A DNA stretch of 64,000 nt from Escherichia phage AV128. The notes under the pieces were generated by a model. It made no database searches. It worked only from the letters and a program-made list of their open reading frames with translations, and was not told the DNA's origin. The stretch is from the sequence record OR352958.1; one strand, given 5' to 3'. Position numbers and translations under genes: made by a program. Each line of letters begins with the position of its first letter. The first letter of the stretch is position 1. This document shows positions 1-8,439 of the stretch, piece by piece.

Positions 1-110
1 TGACTTTCCAATTATGTGTTAATATTTTATTCATATTATAGTTTGCTTGAGACAGCTATATCAAGTAAAATTGTGATTCCAGCTTAGTAGTGGATAAAGG
101 GTGATCTTTT

Positions 111-140
111 ATGGCCAGAAATAATCTGGCCATTTTTTTA
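111..140 (+). terminator. Rho-independent terminator
   Basis: Perfect 8-bp stem atggccag/ctggccat, 7-nt loop, followed by T6. Confidence 0.5.
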
Positions 141-159
141 ATTTAAATTCACAAAAAGT

Positions 160-187
160 TTGCCTTTCTGAAATTCTGCATTATAAT
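160..187 (+). promoter_or_regulatory. sigma70-like promoter (TTGCCT-16-TATAAT)
   Basis: -35 and -10 hexamers with 16-bp spacer, about 25 bp upstream of the 214 start. Confidence 0.45.
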
Positions 188-213
188 CATATTAACTCAA
201 AACCGGAGGTAAT

Positions 214-429
214 ATGAAACTCATCGACCGCGCCATCAAATCCATTGATAATCACTCCACAGCGATTGCTTTCGTAATGGGATTTTGTTTCACTGCTGCG
301 TTTGGCGACGTTCAAACATTCAAGTCTGTCATCTTGTGCTGGTCCATCTGGTCACTTATTTCTCTGGTTTTGATTCTTCCGATGACGTGGCTTGTTCTTA
401 CTTGTCTTGAATCTCAAGGTGAAGACTGA
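214..429 (+). CDS. small membrane protein (two hydrophobic segments, acidic C-terminus)
   Basis: GGAGG RBS 4 nt upstream of ATG; hydrophobic stretches in translation. Confidence 0.5.
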   Translation: MKLIDRAIKSIDNHSTAIAFVMGFCFTAAFGDVQTFKSVILCWSIWSLISLVLILPMTWLVLTCLESQGED

Positions 430-650
430 TGAGACTATCAATCAAAGAGCGGGTAAAGCGACCCAAAAGGAGTGAGCCAAAGGCCAAATACACATGCATC
501 GGCGGACCTTTTGACGGTCAAGCGATGTGGCTTTCAAAATCTAATCCATCGACGGTTGAGTTCAGCCTTCATGGAATGCGCGGCAGATACCTGCTAAATA
601 GAGAAACAAGTGGCAGCACATTTGTGGAGTGGAAAGAAAATGGCAAATGA
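429..650 (+). CDS. hypothetical protein
   Basis: ORF start overlaps previous stop (ATGA); same-strand block. Confidence 0.4.
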   Translation: MRLSIKERVKRPKRSEPKAKYTCIGGPFDGQAMWLSKSNPSTVEFSLHGMRGRYLLNRETSGSTFVEWKENGK

Positions 651-873
651 ATTGACTTTAACAGTACCAAAAGAAGTGATAGACAAGGCATGCGCGGATT
701 CAGTGAAAGAATTGGCTGGAGTTCTTGGAATTGAAAATGAATTCAGCGTTCAGGTGCAATTCCTTAAGGATACTCTTCAAATCAAAGAGAACAAAGAAGC
801 TGGCGGCGGTGCGCCTTTAGCTTTGGCAATAATCTATGCGGGATTAATTTTGAAGTCTGGAGGTGAACTGTGA
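640..873 (+). CDS. hypothetical protein (C-terminal hydrophobic segment)
   Basis: Internal ATG at 640 chosen over GTG at 610; start uncertain. Confidence 0.4.
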   Translation: MANELTLTVPKEVIDKACADSVKELAGVLGIENEFSVQVQFLKDTLQIKENKEAGGGAPLALAIIYAGLILKSGGEL

Positions 874-1025
874 ATCGTTGGTGCAGTTGGAAGCTGAAAC
901 GTCTCGCCTGGGCCAATGCCGCCAATTCTGCTGGCTCAATCGCTGCTGGTGTTGGGTCGATATGGGATGGTGAAGGCCGTTGGGCCTCGCTGTGTGGCAC
1001 GCGCCTATTCTTTCGTGTAAAATAA
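870..1025 (+). CDS. possible small Trp-rich protein (GTG start)
   Basis: GGAGG 4 nt upstream of GTG; 51 codons; below ORF-track size cutoff. Confidence 0.2.
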   Translation: MNRWCSWKLKRLAWANAANSAGSIAAGVGSIWDGEGRWASLCGTRLFFRVK

Positions 1026-1068
1026 TATTCACCCTTCCCATATCGGGAAGGGAATTAAAGAGGTTATC

Positions 1069-1410
1069 ATGAACAATACTTTATCACAACTGCTAATCTG
1101 GACAATCGCTGCTATCATTGGCACCGTTATTATGATGTCAAGCGCAAAGGCTGAAACGGATATTTGCGCCAGACTTATTTCTGAGAATGGCGAGATTTAT
1201 TATGGAAACTCAAAAGGTGATTACATATCACCTGAAGTTTGCGCTCAGAAGAAAGCAGAAATGCAAAAGCAATATCATGAAGATCAATCTATATCTCAAG
1301 CCGCTCTGATTGAATTAAGTATATCAGCCATCATCTTTCTAATCGTTTTTATGCTCATTATTAAACCAAATAATGACAGCAACCGTCATATTCCTCTCAA
1401 AAGAAATTAA
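1069..1410 (+). CDS. exported membrane-anchored protein (signal peptide, C-terminal TM helix)
   Basis: N-terminal hydrophobic signal ending AKA-ET, two Cys in mature part, C-terminal TM; AGAGG RBS. Confidence 0.55.
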   Translation: MNNTLSQLLIWTIAAIIGTVIMMSSAKAETDICARLISENGEIYYGNSKGDYISPEVCAQKKAEMQKQYHEDQSISQAALIELSISAIIFLIVFMLIIKPNNDSNRHIPLKRN

Positions 1411-1448
1411 GGTTATAATACGGTTGTCGACAAAACGAGGACCGTAAA

Positions 1449-3446
1449 ATGCCAAGGCTAATATTCAAAAACAACTTTGAGGTCGCGCTGGCTCAACCAA
1501 CGACGACTTCAGACACCACAATCACAATTCGCTCAGGGTCAGGCTTTCCGACCTTGGGCGCAAACGAGCGTGTAGTGGCGACAATCGTCGACGCTGCAAC
1601 AGGCCTCCAATTTGAAATCGTCACAGTAACAGCCGTGGTTGGAAACGTCCTGACCGTGCAGCGTGCACAGGAAGGTACTGCAGCGCGTGCATGGAGCGTC
1701 GGAGATTTTTTATCCATAAGGGTGACGGCTGCCATATTGACAAGCACAGTAAGGAATTTTGGAGAATTACCTTCTGGAATAAACTTAAATGCCCTTACTG
1801 GTTCTTGGTTCGGTCAATACCAGCAGTCTTCTAATTCTGCGGCTTCGCAAGTTCTGAATTATCCTGTAGCCCAATCAGGCAGCCTTGAGGTTATTTGCTC
1901 GGCAAACAACTCTGGTGACCAATCTTGCACGCAAATATACAGCACGAATCCTGACAACAAGCAGTACAAAAGAACTTATAATTCAGAAACAAGCACATGG
2001 TCTACTTGGGCTAAAATATATAACTCTTCCGACGTGATTCCAGTCTCCAATGGAGGGACTGGTGTTTCAGACACAGGATCAATAAGAAGAGCAATACTGG
2101 TTCAAGGTGTAGTTTGTAACGATCAGACGGGGCCGCAGTCGTATAACAGCTATCGTTCACCCAACAGCACCTACACTTTCAAGGTTGACAACTCAGGCCA
2201 GGTGGCCTCAATCAATACGGGTACTGAAGAGGTTGTCCCGTTCGCCGTAAGCGCTGGCGGTACAGGGGCAACTAACGCTTACGACGCTCGCATCTCATTA
2301 GGTGTGGGAAGATTCAGCGAGCAAACCAACGAGACTAAAGTTCTAGCACCCAACTTTAGCACTTACATTTACGTGAACGACACCGACTGGGGATGCTTCA
2401 GCCCTACCGTTGGCGGTCGTATTGCGTTGAGTGTGGCGAGTGGTGGTACAGGGGCAACTAACGCTGCTCAAGCACGTACTAACCTCGGCATTGGTTCCGC
2501 AGCAACATTCAACACTGTACCGTTAGCTAACGGTGGTACAGGGGCAACCTCCGACGCTGCTGCTCGCGTCAACTTGAAGGTGGATAAGCTCGTTCAAAGT
2601 TCAACTGACACTAAACTTTTAGATGGTTCAGGAGAGCATACTTTCTTTATTACAGATGGGGATTGGGGGTATTTCAATAATTCTGACTCTTCTCGAATTG
2701 CTCTACCGGTAATTAGCGGAGGTACGGGAGGGAAAACCCCAGCAGAAGGTTCTGAAAACTTAGGGGCAATGCACTGTTGGTACGGTTCCTCAGTCTACTA
2801 CGGTGGTGGTGATTTACCAACTGGTATTGGATTCTACAGCGGGGACACGTCACCTTTTCCGGGAGGTAATGGGGCACCCTTCATATATGCGGAGATAATG
2901 ACTATTGCTGAAGGTGGTCGTGGAGGTAACTGGTCCCAAATAGGGTTCTCTACTATCACATATGAAGCCCCTCGCTACAGACAAAGGACTGCTGACCCTG
3001 CTTTAATTACTAACTGGAGAGATTTCTTGATTCGTGATCTCAACACTACAGTTGACAGTAACGGTTTCATTAAAATCGCATCCCCTATCGTGAAAATCAA
3101 AGGTGACGGTGGTGCTGAGTACAACGACGAGTCTGAAGGTTGTACAGTGGAACGCATCTCGAAAGGTGTCTACCGGATTTCAGGCTGCCTCGGCTTAAAC
3201 TCTGACGCATCGTGGGGCGGCACTGACGGCGGCTTCGAGATACCACTCGACCGAAACAAGCAACCTCGTATTTGGCTGGACTATAAAGTGAATGAAGATG
3301 GATCAATTGATATTTTCACGTATCACAGAACGCACAGCAACGCACCAGTATTTGCAAGGAATAACCTTGAAGGTTATGCAGACGGAGACCCAATAGACAT
3401 ACCAAAGGATGCATTTATCTCTGTGAGGGTGCAAATGCCAAAGTAA
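1449..3446 (+). CDS. tail fibre protein with phage tail-fibre repeats
   Basis: Four copies of xGGTGATNAxxARxNLG-type motif typical of the phage tail fibre repeat family; 665 aa. Confidence 0.8.
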   Translation: MPRLIFKNNFEVALAQPTTTSDTTITIRSGSGFPTLGANERVVATIVDAATGLQFEIVTVTAVVGNVLTVQRAQEGTAARAWSVGDFLSIRVTAAILTSTVRNFGELPSGINLNALTGSWFGQYQQSSNSAASQVLNYPVAQSGSLEVICSANNSGDQSCTQIYSTNPDNKQYKRTYNSETSTWSTWAKIYNSSDVIPVSNGGTGVSDTGSIRRAILVQGVVCNDQTGPQSYNSYRSPNSTYTFKVDNSGQVASINTGTEEVVPFAVSAGGTGATNAYDARISLGVGRFSEQTNETKVLAPNFSTYIYVNDTDWGCFSPTVGGRIALSVASGGTGATNAAQARTNLGIGSAATFNTVPLANGGTGATSDAAARVNLKVDKLVQSSTDTKLLDGSGEHTFFITDGDWGYFNNSDSSRIALPVISGGTGGKTPAEGSENLGAMHCWYGSSVYYGGGDLPTGIGFYSGDTSPFPGGNGAPFIYAEIMTIAEGGRGGNWSQIGFSTITYEAPRYRQRTADPALITNWRDFLIRDLNTTVDSNGFIKIASPIVKIKGDGGAEYNDESEGCTVERISKGVYRISGCLGLNSDASWGGTDGGFEIPLDRNKQPRIWLDYKVNEDGSIDIFTYHRTHSNAPVFARNNLEGYADGDPIDIPKDAFISVRVQMPK

Positions 3447-3453
3447 TTAAATC

Positions 3454-3480
3454 AAGGCGCTGAAAAGCGCCTTTACTTTA
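3454..3480 (+). terminator. Rho-independent terminator after tail fibre gene
   Basis: Stem aaggcgc/gcgcctt, loop tgaaaa, T-rich tail. Confidence 0.5.
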
Positions 3481-3499
3481 TGCTATATTAAGTTATACT
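3472..3499 (+). promoter_or_regulatory. sigma70-like promoter (TTTACT-16-TATACT)
   Basis: Hexamers and spacing read directly; upstream of 3530 gene. Confidence 0.4.
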
Positions 3500-3529
3500 C
3501 ATTATACGTTAACAAGTGAGGTGGATGAA

Positions 3530-3811
3530 ATGAAATTTGAAGACATCGACAAGGCCCAAAAAGCAAAGGCGCTGCCTAAATATGTCATCTGTGGTATTGA
3601 CCCTGAAGATAACCGCTTGGTTTTCTTAAAGCAAGTTGATAGCAATGAATCTGGCGACGCAGCTAATTGGTGCATCCCTTTGTTTGAGACAGCAGAAGAA
3701 GCCCAGAAGGTATTGTCAGAAAGCAATTTACCTAAACACTACAGTGTCGTTTCACAAGATGACATGGCAAAATTAGTGTTTAATTTTTATGGATATGGGA
3801 GAAGATTCTAA
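3530..3811 (+). CDS. hypothetical protein
   Basis: ATG at 3530 with GAGGTGG RBS; track start 3521 is GTG. Confidence 0.45.
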   Translation: MKFEDIDKAQKAKALPKYVICGIDPEDNRLVFLKQVDSNESGDAANWCIPLFETAEEAQKVLSESNLPKHYSVVSQDDMAKLVFNFYGYGRRF

Positions 3812-4020
3812 TGGAAATTAAATTATTGTCTGATTTCGTAAAAAGTATTGAAGCCAAAGGCATGACAATCAAGGCTAAGAAAGGCGGCATTGTCTGCATT
3901 GACAAACAACAAAGCAATCAAGGCATATCACTTGATGATATCAAAACTATGCAAAAGCTTAATAAGAAAGGCGACTTGCACAAGTTCTTGAAGGATATTG
4001 GAGCGGTGGACAATGGATAA
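3811..4020 (+). CDS. hypothetical protein
   Basis: GGGAG RBS; ATG overlaps previous stop. Confidence 0.45.
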   Translation: MEIKLLSDFVKSIEAKGMTIKAKKGGIVCIDKQQSNQGISLDDIKTMQKLNKKGDLHKFLKDIGAVDNG

Positions 4021-4111
4021 AGAGTCACGACGCTTTGCATTTTGGGGCACGGTATGTATTGCCGCGCTGTTTGGAATCGCTTATGCAATTGTTTACGCTG
4101 CAGCGGCATAG
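4013..4111 (+). CDS. possible 32-aa hydrophobic peptide
   Basis: Short ORF MDKESRRFAFWGTVCIAALFGIAYAIVYAAAA filling gap; weak RBS. Confidence 0.2.
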   Translation: MDKESRRFAFWGTVCIAALFGIAYAIVYAAAA

Positions 4112-4113
4112 TT

Positions 4114-4509
4114 ATGATCATCGATATTGAAAAGGCACTCAAGCGTGAATTGACGCCAGGTGCGACCCCTGGCGAAGAAGCCTACTACCGACCGAAAGCG
4201 CAGCGCACCAATGAGATTCCGGTTGTTAAGCGGACAGTGAATAAGAACGGTCAAAGGTCGCGACCGCGCTCTATCCGGTCCGGTGAAAGGCTGAAAACGA
4301 TTCGCCAGTGTCTACAACGACTCGAAATCATGGGTTGTCGCGCTTATATCGACCCTGATGGAAAGGTTTTGGTGAGAATTGGCAATAGTACACATCTGCA
4401 AGACGGATTGCCCTGCGGCGAATCCAGACCCATAGCCAAGACCGACCGTGTGGCTACTGGCCGCGAAATTGAGGAAAGCTGGTTGGGTGCTTTCTTATTA
4501 AAATATTGA
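4114..4509 (+). CDS. hypothetical protein
   Basis: ATG at 4114 directly after small ORF; track ORF 4042 starts earlier, start uncertain. Confidence 0.4.
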   Translation: MIIDIEKALKRELTPGATPGEEAYYRPKAQRTNEIPVVKRTVNKNGQRSRPRSIRSGERLKTIRQCLQRLEIMGCRAYIDPDGKVLVRIGNSTHLQDGLPCGESRPIAKTDRVATGREIEESWLGAFLLKY

Positions 4510-4516
4510 GGTTAAC

Positions 4517-4765
4517 ATGAATAAAAATGAATCAGTAGCATTCTTGCAATGGCTGGAAGGCGTGGTGGAGTATCGCGCGACAAGCGACCGTTTCATCTTT
4601 CAAGGCAAAAGCTTCAAGCGCAAAGGACAAGCCCAGAAAGCAGCGCGTAAGTACTGGAAGGAAGTTTATTCAGAATTTTTCTCTCAAATGGGAATCATCG
4701 GTGCAACCGTATCCGGCGACCCTGCGCAGTTGGTATCGATTGATGAATCCAATCGTTACAATTAA
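4517..4765 (+). CDS. hypothetical protein
   Basis: GAGG RBS 6 nt upstream of ATG. Confidence 0.45.
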   Translation: MNKNESVAFLQWLEGVVEYRATSDRFIFQGKSFKRKGQAQKAARKYWKEVYSEFFSQMGIIGATVSGDPAQLVSIDESNRYN

Positions 4766-4838
4766 TAAACCGATTTGAATGCCGCGCTATGCGGCTTTAT
4801 TATAGTTATTGTTAATCACCCTCATGAAAGGTAATGAT

Positions 4839-5219
4839 ATGTCAAATAAGAATGATTCTATTCACAACACATATACTAAAGGCAGCGGAATGGCCTTTGG
4901 TGGAAGCATCAAAATTAACGTGCCATCTTGCGATTATGATGGATTGGAAGTCGGCAACCGCGACTTAACATGGGTTTTACGTCGCCAATCCGATTTAGAA
5001 GAGAAGCTGGAAAATATTGAGCGTTCTCTTGAAAGTCTTCGCGACCAGCTTTTTGGTTGTCCTGAAGATGAGTCAAAACCTGAATCACATGCAGCCAATC
5101 GCGGTTTGATTGATAATATGCTTGCTATTACCGCTCGATCAATTGGTAAAACTGTGTCCATTGAATCATTGATCAGCCAGATTGCGGATGGCTTTGGTGA
5201 TGCCCATAAGAGTGAATAG
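4839..5219 (+). CDS. hypothetical protein (coiled-coil region)
   Basis: ATG at 4839 with AAAGGT RBS; track start 4809 is TTG. Confidence 0.45.
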   Translation: MSNKNDSIHNTYTKGSGMAFGGSIKINVPSCDYDGLEVGNRDLTWVLRRQSDLEEKLENIERSLESLRDQLFGCPEDESKPESHAANRGLIDNMLAITARSIGKTVSIESLISQIADGFGDAHKSE

Positions 5220-5292
5220 TGGGTGTTGCTGATTTAACCGTGAATCGTGGGTCGCTGTGGCGGCCCTTTCTTTTGCCTGCCGCGCAGGAGTG

Positions 5293-5399
5293 TACTGCAA
5301 ATTTACTGTGGGCACAAAATAGTACGGTACTGTCTAGGACTTTTTCTTTGAAAAGTTAGTGGACCAAATGTGTCGTATTTTGATTAGTGTACTGCAAAT
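5293..5399 (+). repeat. two direct copies of GTGTACTGCAAATTT (variant of the ATAGTGCAAAT motif) 96 bp apart
   Basis: Exact 15-mer at 5291 and 5387 in a non-coding stretch. Confidence 0.6.
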
Positions 5400-5489
5400 T
5401 TCATCAAGTACCAAAACGCACCAAAAGACCCATGCCCTAAAAACCACACGAACGCAATAATCAATCGCCGTTACAGTTTCCAGCGTTAC

Positions 5490-5760
5490 AATTAGAAAGC
5501 GAATGATTCGATGCATAATAATATGAAACATAATGATTCGAAAGCGAATGATTGCGTGTAGGATAATATCGGTGGGGATTATTATATATGTCGGTAATTT
5601 CGCATGCGTACTATTTTCGGGCGAAGGGTCGGCATATTCCTCGTTTTAGTTCGGAACGAAGGGAAAGTTTTGCGCCTTTATAAAACAACGACTTACGCGA
5701 CCCGCCTTAACGGTCCGATATAGGTGTCTATATAAAACAAGGACTTGCGCGATGTTCTCC
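5490..5760 (+). repeat. cluster of short direct repeats in non-coding DNA
   Basis: AAAGCGAATGATT twice, TATAAAACAAsGACTTrCGCGA twice, several CGAAGGG copies. Confidence 0.5.
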
Positions 5761-5916
5761 ATTTAACGTAATACCTGTTATGCGAACTAAGGAGCATCTC
5801 GAAGAAGATTATGCGACGACGAAGGGAAGGATAAAGGAGTTTTCGCGTAGGAGCGCACCGAGATAGGGACGAAGAAAAGCCGCGACTAAGCGCGGCCTAT
5901 TAGTAACGGAAGGGTA

Positions 5917-6207
5917 TTATAAGGAGACGATTTTAAAATAAGTCACTTCGCCGCCGAGTTGCGGTACAGCGATATATTCGCCGCCGATTTCGGTAATCGT
6001 ATAGACGAAGCCGTTAATCGTTACGCGGCAGGATACGATGTCCTCGTCGCGATACTTGTAAAGGTCGAGGAAGTTGATCGGCTCATAAATAGACTCGATA
6101 GTTGCGTCGACGTTAGAGAGATAAACGCTCTCTAAGGTTTCGCCAAATACGTTAGAGTTTTCGGAAGTCTCGACGCGAGCGGAACGGATAGCGGCTAAAG
6201 TAATCAT
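5917..6207 (-). CDS. small protein, paralog family member A
   Basis: AGGAG RBS; shares VY..NVD.TIE and NG...EIG motifs with 6493-6795 and 7020-7304 products. Confidence 0.55.
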   Translation of the reverse strand: MITLAAIRSARVETSENSNVFGETLESVYLSNVDATIESIYEPINFLDLYKYRDEDIVSCRVTINGFVYTITEIGGEYIAVPQLGGEVTYFKIVSL

Positions 6208-6274
6208 AATAATCTCCTAGTTGGTCGGGCGGGTAGCGACCTATTCGCTACCTCATCCCCTCTCGATATAAAAC

Positions 6275-6303
6275 ATTATAGTCTTAGTGTACGAAGAAGT
6301 AAA
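6275..6303 (-). promoter_or_regulatory. sigma70-like promoter (TTTACT-17-TATAAT) for paralog A
   Basis: Hexamers on minus strand; flanking sequence conserved with the other two paralog promoters. Confidence 0.5.
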
Positions 6304-6322
6304 GCACTTTTCGTTATTTTTT

Positions 6323-6475
6323 CTATTTATTTAAAGCGCGTCTCCCAAGTTCGACGACCCAAGCGGCGGCATCTTCCGCCTTATTAAATTCGTATAGATG
6401 CTTCTTATCTTCGAAGACGTAAAATAAAATACGTCCGAACTTATTAGCCTTCGCGCTTAACTCGATAGTTTTCAT
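6323..6475 (-). CDS. small hypothetical protein (50 aa)
   Basis: AAGGAG RBS 6 nt upstream; below ORF-track cutoff. Confidence 0.4.
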   Translation of the reverse strand: MKTIELSAKANKFGRILFYVFEDKKHLYEFNKAEDAAAWVVELGRRALNK

Positions 6476-6492
6476 CTTCTACTCCTTTTTCG

Positions 6493-6795
6493 TTATTTTG
6501 CGATAAAATATTTATAAGCCTTATCGCCTTCTACGTCGATATACTCGACGATAATTAACGCTTCGCCGCGCGGCGTAACCGTCTCGATAAGGGTAACGGC
6601 TTCGTCGTCGGTCTTCGCGAAGCGGATGGCACTACGTTCGGCGTACTTAATATCGTCGAAGGAAAGGCCGACGAAAGCGACCGCGCGGACCTTAATGATG
6701 GTGGATTCTAGTTCCGCGTTAACGGCGGCGATAAGAGAACGAACGGTTAAACGGTCTTCGTCGTAAGTAATGATAGAAGAGATTAAAGTGGTCAT
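6493..6795 (-). CDS. small protein, paralog family member B
   Basis: ATG at 6795 with GGGAG RBS; track ORF extends to 6852. Confidence 0.55.
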   Translation of the reverse strand: MTTLISSIITYDEDRLTVRSLIAAVNAELESTIIKVRAVAFVGLSFDDIKYAERSAIRFAKTDDEAVTLIETVTPRGEALIIVEYIDVEGDKAYKYFIAK

Positions 6796-6851
6796 AATAA
6801 AACTCCCGATGCTAGTAGAAGGAAGGGCCATCGCCCGTCTCGATATAAACA

Positions 6852-6879
6852 AGTATACGCGAGTGTACGAAGAAGTAAA
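6852..6879 (-). promoter_or_regulatory. sigma70-like promoter (TTTACT-16-TATACT) for paralog B
   Basis: Near-copy of the 6275-6303 promoter element. Confidence 0.5.
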
Positions 6880-6923
6880 GAAAAAAGATAAAATAATTTA
6901 TCTCATTTTTATCGAAAAAGTGC

Positions 6924-6951
6924 TTTACTTTTTTCTACACTATATTATAAT
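6924..6951 (+). promoter_or_regulatory. sigma70-like promoter (TTTACT-16-TATAAT) for paralog C
   Basis: GTGCTTTACTT...TATAAT conserved with the two minus-strand copies; divergent from 6852-6879. Confidence 0.5.
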
Positions 6952-7019
6952 GTACTCATATCGGGACGGGATGAGTTAACGAATAGGTCGTTAACGCCTC
7001 TCCCAACTAGGAGTTTAAA

Positions 7020-7304
7020 ATGGCTATTCTTAACGTTTCTTCTATTCGTAACGCTATCGTCGAGAACTACGGCGTAAAACAAATTTTATCCGAAGTCTAC
7101 GCCGCGAACGTAGACCAAACTATCGAGGCGGGTGGGGTAACGGTCGCCGAGGCGTTTAAACTTTACGCGGCGTTACCGGAATCGGACCGCGAAGCCTTCG
7201 AAGTAAACGTTAACGGATATTTCTTCGAAGCGGTCGAAATCGGTAATATCTTACTCGTTATGGGCGAAGAAGAATTTGAGACCTTCTCCCTCGTCGAAGC
7301 GTAA
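7020..7304 (+). CDS. small protein, paralog family member C
   Basis: AGGAG RBS; protein motifs shared with paralogs A and B. Confidence 0.55.
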   Translation: MAILNVSSIRNAIVENYGVKQILSEVYAANVDQTIEAGGVTVAEAFKLYAALPESDREAFEVNVNGYFFEAVEIGNILLVMGEEEFETFSLVEA

Positions 7305-7384
7305 GAGAGGATTTTTAGAGCGTCGTGCGCGGCGCTTTAATAAAATTCTTTCGCGCCTAGCGCCCTAACAAATAGGAGTTTATT

Positions 7385-8011
7385 ATGGTTAGCTTAAATC
7401 GCTTTTCTACTAGCGGCGACGTTATCGCAACTAAGACCGCCGACCTCGTTGCATTCTATAATGCAAATTCCGGCTCAAAACCGATTAAGAAGTTTGCGGA
7501 CCGCCGGACCGCCGAGACTCGCGTAATCGCGTTAATCGAGTCCTTAAACGCGCTCGATGAGCCGTCCAACGAGTCGCCCATCCCTGACGCGAAGCCGCGC
7601 GAGGAAGTGTCCAGCGATGTAAAAACGCATAAGGCGCGTGCGGTCGTTAAAAAGGCCGAGCCGACCCAGGAAGAACTCGATGCGATGAGCGATGAAGAGT
7701 ATGAAGCCTTCGTTAAGAGCGGCTTAAACGATAGTGCAAATTGCGTAGTGCAAAATGGAACTCCTTCCCATCGCCGTTCGAATAGCGAAGGTATTGCAAA
7801 AAGTTGGGATAACAAGGAAGTGGCGCAAAAGCGTCTCACCCGTAACGGCGTTATTGTCGAGGGTGTAGGAGAGTTCAAATCGGTCCGCGTAGCGTTTGCT
7901 GCGCTGGGCTTACCAGATAGCAAGCACATTCGCTTCCGCATGAAGCTTAAAGAAGCTGGACGCTTGAACTTCGAGTTCGGCAACAAGTCCTACACCTTCC
8001 AGATCATCTAA
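7385..8011 (+). CDS. hypothetical protein
   Basis: AGGAG RBS; contains two motif copies (7731, 7746) near its 3' end. Confidence 0.5.
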   Translation: MVSLNRFSTSGDVIATKTADLVAFYNANSGSKPIKKFADRRTAETRVIALIESLNALDEPSNESPIPDAKPREEVSSDVKTHKARAVVKKAEPTQEELDAMSDEEYEAFVKSGLNDSANCVVQNGTPSHRRSNSEGIAKSWDNKEVAQKRLTRNGVIVEGVGEFKSVRVAFAALGLPDSKHIRFRMKLKEAGRLNFEFGNKSYTFQII

Positions 8012-8017
8012 TCGAAT

Positions 8018-8041
8018 GGCGGCCCTTCGGGGTCGCTTTTC
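8018..8041 (+). terminator. Rho-independent terminator
   Basis: Stem gcggccc/gggtcgc with ttcg loop and TTTT tail, 7 nt after stop. Confidence 0.5.
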
Positions 8042-8061
8042 ATAGTGCAAATTGGTGGCTT

Positions 8062-8325
8062 ATGAACACGCTTATTCTCATCGCTACGTTGTCCATCGGA
8101 AGTGGTCGCGCCTTATCCCTTTATGACCATAGTGCAAATTGCGCTTACCCAACGCGCGTTGCGGCGATAGTTAATAGTGCAAATCGAATGCTATTTGAGA
8201 CTTGTTGGCGGGTAGATAACGAGAAAGGGCGCATCGTCTTAGGTTATAGTGCAAATCTGCTGGTGGAGTCGTTCGATTGGACGGCGGAAGGTCGTAAATT
8301 GTTACGTAAAGTGACTAAAAGATGA
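8062..8325 (+). CDS. doubtful ORF inside motif array
   Basis: GGTGG RBS and bracketing terminators, but three SAN tripeptides are translations of the DNA motif. Confidence 0.2.
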   Translation: MNTLILIATLSIGSGRALSLYDHSANCAYPTRVAAIVNSANRMLFETCWRVDNEKGRIVLGYSANLLVESFDWTAEGRKLLRKVTKR

Positions 8326-8384
8326 CTTATAATAATACACTTTCTAACGCGTTTATGGTTGTAGCCTTCCCCGTCGTATTACCG

Positions 8385-8426
8385 ATGGCCCTAGAAGTTG
8401 AGAAAATGTGTTCTAGGGCCATTTTA
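8385..8426 (+). terminator. strong Rho-independent terminator
   Basis: Perfect 12-bp stem atggccctagaa/ttctagggccat, 14-nt loop, T-rich tail. Confidence 0.6.
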
Positions 8427-8439
8427 TAGTGCAAATTGG

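Noticed and set aside
5334-5531. 65-aa minus-strand ORF in the repeat-rich non-coding stretch
   Set aside because: Lies across direct repeats with no RBS; region reads as regulatory DNA.
7456-7986. 176-aa minus-strand ORF antisense to 7385-8011
   Set aside because: The plus-strand ORF has an AGGAG RBS and terminator; the antisense ORF has neither.
8258-8265. Chi site GCTGGTGG (a second copy at about 20268)
   Set aside because: Two occurrences in 64 kb on one strand is about the chance expectation for an 8-mer.
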